Assembly: GCA_964057225.1 (NCBI GenBank)
Contig: OZ059895.1
Span: forward strand, 20,646,001 to 20,710,000
Length of the DNA: 64,000 bases
Source of the DNA: Auanema rhodensis
Taxonomy: Eukaryota > Animalia > Nematoda
Direction: 5' to 3'
A model generated the notes under the pieces. It was not told the origin of the DNA, made no database searches, and was given only the letters and a program-made list of their open reading frames with translations. The translations under genes were made by a program, and so were the position numbers. Shown piece after piece: positions 1 to 10,700 of this stretch (within the stretch, counting starts at the first letter, position 1; every line of letters starts with the position of its first letter).

Positions 1-54
1 TAACTAATTTTTGTATTGAGCGTTTCTCAATGTAGTATAGTGCATTCGATGCGG

Positions 55-105
55 ATTTTTAAGCTGCGTCGATCTGTGTTATCAGATTTGCGCTAGCTTA
101 AAAAT
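55..105. other. Long imperfect inverted repeat within each monomer (hairpin/cruciform potential)
   Basis: ATTTTTAAGCT (55-65) is the exact reverse complement of AGCTTAAAAAT (95-105). Inner pairs are GCG 66-68/CGC 91-93 and ATCTG 72-76/CAGAT 83-87, with loop TGTTAT. An alternative outer pairing is GTGCATT 40-46/AATGCAC 103-109. Confidence 0.9.
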
Positions 106-122
106 GCACCGAGATATCAACT

Positions 123-144
123 GATATAAGTTCACACTTATATC
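123..144. other. Perfect 9-bp inverted repeat with 4-nt loop within each monomer
   Basis: GATATAAGT (123-131), TCAC, ACTTATATC (136-144). It overlaps a second dyad, ATATCA 114-119/TGATAT 122-127. Confidence 0.9.
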
Positions 145-246
145 CTCGATTTTCACCCTGAAGAATTAATTTTTTCGTTGAATAACAATGTCCATCGTCT
201 TTGCCTTGAAAAAAGGAATCTAAAAACATCTACTTTTTGCTAAATT

Positions 247-281
247 ATTTTGAAATTTTTCGAAAAAATTTTTGTCAAAAT
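247..281. other. AT-rich imperfect palindrome centred on TTCGAA within each monomer
   Basis: Core TTTTTCGAAAAA (256-267) is a perfect palindrome, flanked by ATTTTGA 247-253/TCAAAAT 275-281. Confidence 0.8.
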
Positions 282-294
282 GTTTTTGGAAGCA

Positions 295-322
295 ATGTTG
301 AGTGTACATGGAAACTCAACAT
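295..322. other. Perfect 9-bp inverted repeat with 10-nt loop within each monomer
   Basis: ATGTTGAGT (295-303), GTACATGGAA, ACTCAACAT (314-322). A competing pairing is AGTGTA 301-306/TACACT 322-327. Confidence 0.9.
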
Positions 323-1755
323 ACACTAACGCATCATTTTTCAAACGATCATAACTAATTTTTGTATTAAGCGTTTCTCAATGTAGTATAGTGCATTCGA
401 TGCGGATTTTTAAGCTGCGTCGATCTGTGTTATCAGATTTGCGCTAGCTTAAAAATGCACCGAGATATCAACTGATATAAGTTCACACTTATATCCTCGA
501 TTTTCACCCTGAAGAATTAATTTTTTCGTTGAATAACAATGTCCATCGTCTTTGCCTTGAAAAAAGGAATCTAAAAACATCTACTTTTTGCTAAATTATT
601 TTGAAATTTTTCGAAAAAATTTTTGTCAAAATGTTTTTGGAAGCAATGTTGAGTGTACATGGAAACTCAACATACACTAACGCATCATTTTTCAAACGAT
701 CATAACTAATTTTTGTATTAAGCGTTTCTCAATGTAGTACAGTGCATTCGATGCGGATATTTAAGCTGCATCGATCTGTGTTATCAGATTTGCGCTAGCT
801 TAAAAATGCACCGAGATATCAACTGATATAAGTTCACACTTATATCCTCGATTTTCACCCTGAAGAATTAATTTTTTCGTTGAATAACAATGTCCATCGT
901 CTTTGCCTTAAAAAAAGGTATCTAAAAACATCTACTTTTTGCTAAATTATTTTGAAATTTTTCGAAAAAATTTTTGTCAAAATGTTTTTGGAAGCAATGT
1001 TGAGTGTACATGGAAACTCAACATACACTAATGCATCATTTTTCAAACGATCATAACTAATTTTTGTATTGAGCGTTTCTCAATGTAGTATAGTGCATTC
1101 GATGCGGATTTTTAAGCTGCGTCGATCTGTGTTATCAGATTTGCGCTAGCTTAAAAATGCACCGAGATATCAACTGATATAAGTTCACACTTATATCCTC
1201 GATTTTCACCCTGAAGAATTAATTTTTTCGTTGAATAACATTGTCCATCGTCTTTGCCTTGAAAAAAGAAATCTAAAAACATCTACTTTTTGCTAAATTA
1301 TTTTGAAATTTTTCGAAAAAATTTTTGTCAAAATGTTTTTGGAAGCAATGTTGAGTGTACATGGAAACTCAACATACACTAATGCATCATTTTTCAAACC
1401 ATCATAACTAATTTTTGTATTGAGCGTTTTCCATTGTAGTATAGTGCATTCGATGCGGATTTTTGAGCTGCGTCGATCTGTGTTATCAGATTTGCGCTAG
1501 CTTAAAAATGCACCGAGATATCAACTGATATAAGTTCACACTTATATCCTCGATTTTCACCCTGAAGAATTAATTTTTTCGTTGAATAACAATGTCCATC
1601 GTCTTTGCCTTGAAAAAAGGAATCTAAAAACATCTACTTTTTGCTAAATTATTTTGAAATTTTTCGAAAAAATTTTTGTCAAAATGTTTTTGGAAGCAAT
1701 GTTGAGTGTACATGGAAACTCAACATACACTAACGCATCATTTTTCAAACGATCA

Positions 1756-4700
1756 TAACTAATTTTTGTATTAAGCGTTTCTCAATGTAGTACAGTGCAT
1801 TCGATGCGGATTTTTAAGCTGCGTCGATCTGTGTTATCAGATTTGCGCTAGCTTAAAAATGCACCGAGATATCAATTGATATAAGTTCACACTTATATCC
1901 TCGATTTTCACCCTGAAGAATTAATTTTTTCGTTGAATAACAATGTCCATCGTCTTTGCCTTGAAAAAAGGAATCTAAAAACATCTACTTTTTGCTAAAT
2001 TATTTTGAAATTTTTCGAAAAAATTTTTGTCAAAATGTTTTTGGAAGCAATGTTGAGTGTACATGGAAACTCAACATACACTAACGCATCATTTTTCAAA
2101 CGATCATAACTAATTTTTGTATTAAGCGTTTCTCAATGTAGTACAGTGCATTCGATGCGGATTTTTAAGCTGCGTCGATCTGTGTTATCAGATTTGCGCT
2201 AGCTTAAAAATGCACCGAGATATCAACTGATATAAGTTCACACTTACATCCTCGATTTTCACCCTGAAGAATTAATTTTTTCGTTGAATAACAATGTCCA
2301 TCGTCTTTGCCTTGAAAAAAGGAATCTAAAAACATTTACTTTTTGCTAAATTATTTTGAAATTTTTCGAAAAAATTTTTGTCAAAATGTTTTTGGAAGCA
2401 ATGTTGAGTGTACATGGAAACTCAACATACACTAACGCATCATTTTTCAAACGATCATAACTAATTTTTGTATTAAGCGTTTCTCAATGTAGTACAGTGC
2501 ATTCGATGCGGATTTTTAAGCTGCGTCGATCTGTGTTATCAGATTTGCGCTAGCTTAAAAATGCACCGAGATATCAACTGATATAAGTTCACACTTACAT
2601 CCTCGATTTTCACCCTGAAGAATTAATTTTTTCGTTGAATAACATTGTCCATCGTCTTCGCCTTGAAAAAAGGAATCTAAAAACATCTACTTTTGCTAAA
2701 TTATTTTGAAATTTTTCGAAAAAATTTTTGTCAAAATGTTTTTGGAAGCAATGTTGAGTGTACATGGAAACTCAACATACACTAATGCATCATTTTTCAA
2801 ACGATCATAACTAATTTTTGTATTGAGCGTTTCTCATTGTAGTATAGTGCATTCGATGCGGATTTTTGAGCTGCGTCGATCTGTGTTATCAGATTTGCGC
2901 TAGCTTAAAAATGCACCGAGATATCAACTGATATAAGTTCACACTTATATCCTCGATTTTCACCCTGAAGAATTAATTTTTTCGTTGAATAACAATGTCC
3001 ATCGTCTTTGCCTTGAAAAAAGGAATCTAAAAACATCTACTTTTTGCTAAATTATTTTGAAATTTTTCGAAAAAAATTTTGTCAAAATGTTTTTGGAAGC
3101 AATGTTGAGTGTACATGGAAACTCAACATACACTAACGCATCATTTTTCAAACGATCATAACTAATTTTTGTATTAAGCGTTTCTCAATGTAGTACAGTG
3201 CATTCGATGCGGATTTTTAAGCTGCGTCGATCTGTGTTATCAGATTTGCGCTAGCTTAAAAATGCACCGAGATATCAACTGATATAAGTTCACACTTACA
3301 TCCTCGATTTTCACCCTGAAGAATTAATTTTTTCGTTGAATAACATTGTCCATCGTCTTCGCCTTGAAAAAAGGAATCTAAAAACATCTACTTTTGCTAA
3401 ATTATTTTGAAATTTTTCGAAAAAATTTTTGTCAAAATGTTTTTGGAAGCAATGTTGAGTGTACATGGAAACTCAACATACACTAATGCATCATTTTTCA
3501 AACGATCATAACTAATTTTTGTATTGAGCGTTTCTCATTGTAGTATAGTGCATTCGATGCGGATTTTTGAGCTGCGTCGATCTGTGTTATCAGATTTGCG
3601 CTAGCTTAAAAATGCACCGAGATATCAACTGATATAAGTTCACACTTATATCCTCGATTTTCACCCTGAAGAATTAATTTTTTCGTTGAATAACAATGTC
3701 CATCGTCTTTGCCTTGAAAAAAGGAATCTAAAAACATCTACTTTTTGCTAAATTATTTTGAAATTTTTCGAAAAAATTTTTGTCAAAATGTTTTTGGAAG
3801 CAATGTTGAGTGTACATGGAAACTCAACATACACTAACGCATCATTTTTCAAACGATCATAACTAATTTTTGTATTAAGCGTTTCTCAATGTAGTATAGT
3901 GCATTCGATGCGGATTTTTAAGCTGCGTCGATCTGTGTTATCAGATTTGCGCTAGCTTAAAAATGCACCGAGATATCAACTGATATAAGTTCACACTTAT
4001 ATCCTCGATTTTCACCCTGAAGAATTAATTTTTTCGTTGAATAACAATGTCCATCGTCTTTGCCTTGAAAAAAGGAATCTAAAAACATCTACTTTTTGCT
4101 AAATTATTCTGAAATTTTTCGAAAAAATTTTTGTCAAAATGTTTTTGGAAGCAATGTTGAGTGTACATGGAAACTCAACATACACTAACGCATCATTTTT
4201 CAAACGATCATAACTAATTTTTGTATTAAGCGTTTCTCAATGTAGTATAGTGCATTCGATGCGGATTTTTAAGCTGCGTCGATCTGTGTTATCAGATTTG
4301 CGCTAGCTTAAAAATGCACCGAGATATCAACTGATATAAGTTCACACTTATATCCTCGATTTTCACCCTGAAGAATTAATTTTTTCGTTGAATAACATTG
4401 TCCATCGTCTTTGCCTTAAAAAAAAAAATCTGAAAACATCTACTTTTTGCTAAATTATTTTGAAATTTTTCGAAAAAATTTTTGTCAAAATGTTTTTGGA
4501 AGCAATGTTGAGTGTACATGGAAACTCAACATACACTAATGCATCATTTTTCAAACGATCATAACTAATTTTTGTATTAAGCGTTTCTCAATGTAGTATA
4601 GTGCATTCGATGCGGATTTTTAAGCTGCGTCGATCTGTTTTATCAGATTTGCGCTAGCTTAAAAATGCACCGAGATATCAACTGATATAAGTTCACACTT

Positions 4701-7700
4701 ACATCCTCGATTTTCACCCTGAAGAATTAATTTTTTCGTTGAATAACATTGTCCATCGTCTTTGCCTTGAAAAAAGAAATCTAAAAACATCTACTTTTTG
4801 CTAAATTATTTTGAAATTTTTCGAAAAAATTTTTGTCAAAATGTTTTTGGAAGCAATGTTGAGTGTACATGGAAACTCAACATACACTAATGCATCATTT
4901 TTCAAACGATCATAACTAATTTTTGTATTGAGCGTTTCTCATTGTAGTATAGTGCATTCGATGCGGATTTTTGAGCTGCGTCGATCTGTGTTATCAGATT
5001 TGCGCTAGCTTAAAAATGCACCGAGATATCAACTGATATAAGTTCACACTTATATCCTCGATTTTCACCCTGAAGAATTAATTTTTTCGTTGAATAACAT
5101 TGTCCATCGTCTTTGCCTTGAAAAAAAAAATCTGAAAACATCTACTTTTTGCTAAATTATTTTGAAATTTTTCGAAAAAATTTTTGTCAAAATGTTTTTG
5201 GAAGCAATGTTGAGTGTACATGGAAACTCAACATACACTAATTCATCATTTTTCAAACGATCATAACTAATTTTTGTATTAAGCGTTTCTCAATGTAGTA
5301 TAGTGCATTCGATGCGGATTTTTAAGCTGCGTCGATCTGTGTTATCAGATTTGCGCTAGCTTAAAAATGCACCGAGATATCAACTGATATAAGTTCACAC
5401 TTATATCCTCGATTTTCACCCTGAAGAATTAATTTTTTCGTTGAATAACATTGTCCATCGTCTTTGCCTTGAAAAAAGGAATCTAAAAACATCTACTTTT
5501 TGCTAAATTATTTTGAAATTTTTCGAAAAAATTTTTGTCAAAATGTTTTTGGAAGCAATGTTGAGTGTACATGGAAACTCAACATACACTAATGCATCAT
5601 TTTTCAAACGATCATAACTAATTTTTGTATTGAGCGTTTCTCATTGTAGTATAGTGCATTCGATGCGGATTTTTGAGCTGCGTCGATCTGTGTTATCAGA
5701 TTTGCGCTAGCTTAAAAATGCACCGAGATATCAACTGATATAAGTTCACACTTATATCCTCGATTTTCACCCTGAAGAATTAATTTTTTCGTTGAATAAC
5801 ATTGTCCATCGTCTTTGCCTTGAAAAAAGGAATCTAAAAACATCTACTTTTTGCTAAATTATTTTGAAATTTTTCGAAAAAATTTTTGTCAAAATGTTTT
5901 TGGAAGCAATGTTGAGTGTACATGGAAACTCAACATACACTAACGCATCATTTTTCAAACGATCATAACTAATTTTTGTATTAAGCGTTTCTCAATGTAG
6001 TACAGTGCATTCGATGCGGATTTTTAAGCTGCGTCGATCTGTGTTATCAGATTTGCGCTAGCTTAAAAATGCACCGAGATATCAATTGATATAAGTTCAC
6101 ACTTATATCCTCGATTTTCACCCTGAAGAATTAATTTTTTCGTTGAATAACAATGTCCATCGTCTTTGCCTTGAAAAAAGGAATCTAAAAACATCTACTT
6201 TTTGCTAAATTATTTTGAAATTTTTCGAAAAAATTTTTGTCAAAATGTTTTTGGAAGCAATGTTGAGTGTACATGGAAACTCAACATACACTAACGCATC
6301 ATTTTTCAAACGATCATAACTAATTTTTGTATTGAGCGTTTCTCAATGTAGTACAGTGCATTCGATGCGGATTTTTAAGCTGCGTCGATCTGTGTTATCA
6401 GATTTGCGCTAGCTTAAAAATGCACCGAGATATCAACTGATATAAGTTCACACTTACATCCTCGATTTTCACCCTGAAGAATTAATTTTTTCGTTGAATA
6501 ACAATGTCCATCGTCTTTGCCTTGAAAAAAGGAATCTAAAAACATTTACTTTTTGCTAAATTATTTTGAAATTTTTCGAAAAAATTTTTGTCAAAATGTT
6601 TTTGGAAGCAATGTTGAGTGTACATGGAAACTCAACATACACTAACGCATCATTTTTCAAACGATCATAACTAATTTTTGTATTAAGCGTTTCTCAATGT
6701 AGTACAGTGCATTCGATGCGGATTTTTAAGCTGCGTCGATCTGTGTTATCAGATTTGCGCTAGCTTAAAAATGCACCGAGATATCAACTGATATAAGTTC
6801 ACACTTACATCCTCGATTTTCACCCTGAAGAATTAATTTTTTCGTTGAATAACATTGTCCATCGTCTTCGCCTTGAAAAAAGGAATCTAAAAACATCTAC
6901 TTTTGCTAAATTATTTTGAAATTTTTCGAAAAAATTTTTGTCAAAATGTTTTTGGAAGCAATGTTGAGTGTACATGGAAACTCAACATACACTAATGCAT
7001 CATTTTTCAAACGATCATAACTAATTTTTGTATTGAGCGTTTCTCATTGTAGTATAGTGCATTCGATGCGGATTTTTGAGCTGCGTCGATCTGTGTTATC
7101 AGATTTGCGCTAGCTTAAAAATGCACCGAGATATCAACTGATATAAGTTCACACTTATATCCTCGATTTTCACCCTGAAGAATTAATTTTTTCGTTGAAT
7201 AACAATGTCCATCGTCTTTGCCTTGAAAGAAGGAATCTAAAAACATCTACTTTTTGCTAAATTATTTTGAAATTTTTCGAAAAAATTTTTGTCAAAATGT
7301 TTTTGGAAGCAATGTTGAGTGTACATGGAAACTCAACATACACTAACGCATCATTTTTCAAACGATCATAACTAATTTTTGTATTAAGCGTTTCTCAATG
7401 TAGTACAGTGCATTCGATGCGGATTTTTAAGCTGCGTCGATCTGTGTTATCAGATTTGCGCTAGCTTAAAAATGCACCGAGATATCAACTGATATAAGTT
7501 CACACTTACATCCTCGATTTTCACCCTGAAGAATTAATTTTTTCGTTGAATAACATTGTCCATCGTCTTCGCCTTGAAAAAAGGAATCTAAAAACATCTA
7601 CTTTTGCTAAATTATTTTGAAATTTTTCGAAAAAATTTTTGTCAAAATGTTTTTGGAAGCAATGTTGAGTGTACATGGAAACTCAACATACACTAATGCA

Positions 7701-10700
7701 TCATTTTTCAAACGATCATAACTAATTTTTGTATTGAGCGTTTCTCATTGTAGTATAGTGCATTCGATGCGGATTTTTGAGCTGCGTCGATCTGTGTTAT
7801 CAGATTTGCGCTAGCTTAAAAATGCACCGAGATATCAACTGATATAAGTTCACACTTATATCCTCGATTTTCACCCTGAAGAATTAATTTTTTCGTTGAA
7901 TAACAATGTCCATCGTCTTTGCCTTGAAAAAAGGAATCTAAAAACATCTACTTTTTGCTAAATTATTTTGAAATTTTTCGAAAAAATTTTTGTCAAAATG
8001 TTTTTGGAAGCAATGTTGAGTGTACATGGAAACTCAACATACACTAACGCATCATTTTTCAAACGATCATAACTAATTTTTGTATTAAGCGTTTCTCAAT
8101 GTAGTATAGTGCATTCGATGCGGATTTTTAAGCTGCGTCGATCTGTGTTATCAGATTTGCGCTAGCTTAAAAATGCACCGAGATATCAACTGATATAAGT
8201 TCACACTTATATCCTCGATTTTCACCCTGAAGAATTAATTTTTTCGTTGAATAACATTGTCCATCGTCTTTGCCTTAAAAAAAAAAATCTGAAAACATCT
8301 ACTTTTTGCTAAATTATTTTGAAATTTTTCGAAAAAATTTTTGTCAAAATGTTTTTGGAAGCAATGTTGAGTGTACATGGAAACTCAACATACACTAATG
8401 CATCATTTTTCAAACGATCATAACTAATTTTTGTATTAAGCGTTTCTCAATGTAGTATAGTGCATTCGATGCGGATTTTTAAGCTGCGTCGATCTGTGTT
8501 ATCAGATTTGCGCTAGCTTAAAAATGCACCGAGATATCAACTGATATAAGTTCACACTTACATCCTCGATTTTCACCCTGAAGAATTAATTTTTTCGTTG
8601 AATAACATTGTCCATCGTCTTTGCCTTGAAAAAAGAAATCTAAAAACATCTACTTTTTGCTAAATTATTTTGAAATTTTTCGAAAAAATTTTTGTCAAAA
8701 TGTTTTTGGAAGCAATGTTGAGTGTACATGGAAACTCAACATACACTAATGCATCATTTTTCAAACGATCATAACTAATTTTTGTATTGAGCGTTTCTCA
8801 TTGTAGTATAGTGCATTCGATGCGGATTTTTGAGCTGCGTCGATCTGTGTTATCAGATTTGCGCTAGCTTAAAAATGCACCGAGATATCAACTGATATAA
8901 GTTCACACTTATATCCTCGATTTTCACCCTGAAGAATTAATTTTTTCGTTGAATAACATTGTCCATCGTCTTTGCCTTGAAAAAAAAAATCTGAAAACAT
9001 CTACTTTTTGCTAAATTATTTTGAAATTTTTCGAAAAAATTTTTGTCAAAATGTTTTTGGAAGCAATGTTGAGTGTACATGGAAACTCAACATACACTAA
9101 TTCATCATTTTTCAAACGATCATAACTAATTTTTGTATTAAGCGTTTCTCAATGTAGTATAGTGCATTCGATGCGGATTTTTAAGCTGCGTCGATCTGTG
9201 TTATCAGATTTGCGCTAGCTTAAAAATGCACCGAGATATCAACTGATATAAGTTCACACTTATATCCTCGATTTTCACCCTGAAGAATTAATTTTTTCGT
9301 TGAATAACATTGTCCATCGTCTTTGCCTTGAAAAAAGGAATCTAAAAACATCTACTTTTTGCTAAATTATTTTGAAATTTTTCGAAAAAATTTTTGTCAA
9401 AATGTTTTTGGAAGCAATGTTGAGTGTACATGGAAACTCAACATACACTAATGCATCATTTTTCAAACGATCATAACTAATTTTTGTATTGAGCGTTTCT
9501 CATTGTAGTATAGTGCATTCGATGCGGATTTTTGAGCTGCGTCGATCTGTGTTATCAGATTTGCGCTAGCTTAAAAATGCACCGAGATATCAACTGATAT
9601 AAGTTCACACTTATATCCTCGATTTTCACCCTGAAGAATTAATTTTTTCGTTGAATAACATTGTCCATCGTCTTTGCCTTGAAAAAAGGAATCTAAAAAC
9701 ATCTACTTTTTGCTAAATTATTTTGAAATTTTTCGAAAAAATTTTTGTCAAAATGTTTTTGGAAGCAATGTTGAGTGTACATGGAAACTCAACATACACT
9801 AACGCATCATTTTTCAAACGATCATAACTAATTTTTGTATTAAGCGTTTCTCAATGTAGTACAGTGCATTCGATGCGGATTTTTAAGCTGCGTCGATCTG
9901 TGTTATCAGATTTGCGCTAGCTTAAAAATGCACCGAGATATCAATTGATATAAGTTCACACTTATATCCTCGATTTTCACCCTGAAGAATTAATTTTTTC
10001 GTTGAATAACAATGTCCATCGTCTTTGCCTTGAAAAAAGGAATCTAAAAACATCTACTTTTTGCTAAATTATTTTGAAATTTTTCGAAAAAATTTTTGTC
10101 AAAATGTTTTTGGAAGCAATGTTGAGTGTACATGGAAACTCAACATACACTAACGCATCATTTTTCAAACGATCATAACTAATTTTTGTATTAAGCGTTT
10201 CTCAATGTAGTACAGTGCATTCGATGCGGATTTTTAAGCTGCGTCGATCTGTGTTATCAGATTTGCGCTAGCTTAAAAATGCACCGAGATATCAACTGAT
10301 ATAAGTTCACACTTACATCCTCGATTTTCACCCTGAAGAATTAATTTTTTCGTTGAATAACAATGTCCATCGTCTTTGCCTTGAAAAAAGGAATCTAAAA
10401 ACATTTACTTTTTGCTAAATTATTTTGAAATTTTTCGAAAAAATTTTTGTCAAAATGTTTTTGGAAGCAATGTTGAGTGTACATGGAAACTCAACATACA
10501 CTAACGCATCATTTTTCAAACGATCATAACTAATTTTTGTATTAAGCGTTTCTCAATGTAGTACAATGCATTCGATGCGGATTTTTAAGCTGCGTCGATC
10601 TGTGTTATCAGATTTGCGCTAGCTTAAAAATGCACCGAGATATCAACTGATATAAGTTCACACTTACATCCTCGATTTTCACCCTGAAGAATTAATTTTT

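Larger units (their letters stand above)
1..351 (+). repeat. Representative satellite monomer (arbitrary phase)
   Basis: Bases 1-351 are repeated at 352-702 with a single visible difference (pos18 G vs A). Confidence 0.98.

Noticed and set aside
173-189. CENP-B-box-like TTTCGTTGAATAACAAT
   Set aside because: It matches the 5' half (YTTCGTTG and A10) but lacks the essential CGGG, giving only 5 of 9 core positions.
5-191. Possible ancient internal dimer (TAATTTTT..TTGA..CAATGT at 5-33 and 167-191)
   Set aside because: The similarity is short and low-complexity and does not extend. It would need a self dot-plot with significance testing.
158-211. Hammerhead-ribozyme-like core (CTGAAGA 158-164 ... 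GAAA 208-211), considered because some satellites encode hammerheads
   Set aside because: No stem II can form between the bases after CTGAAGA (ATTAAT) and those before GAAA (GCCTT), and I found no stems I/III. An Infernal search with the Rfam hammerhead models on a monomer dimer would settle it.
1-351. Tandem 5S rRNA, tRNA, snRNA or spliced-leader gene repeat
   Set aside because: I recognised no 5S, tRNA, snRNA or SL sequence or Pol III boxes on either strand. An Rfam scan was not possible.
1-351. Assignment to a named satellite (e.g. Drosophila 359-bp or Tribolium/tenebrionid ~350-bp families)
   Set aside because: Only length, AT content and dyad richness are similar. I cannot confirm sequence homology without a database search.
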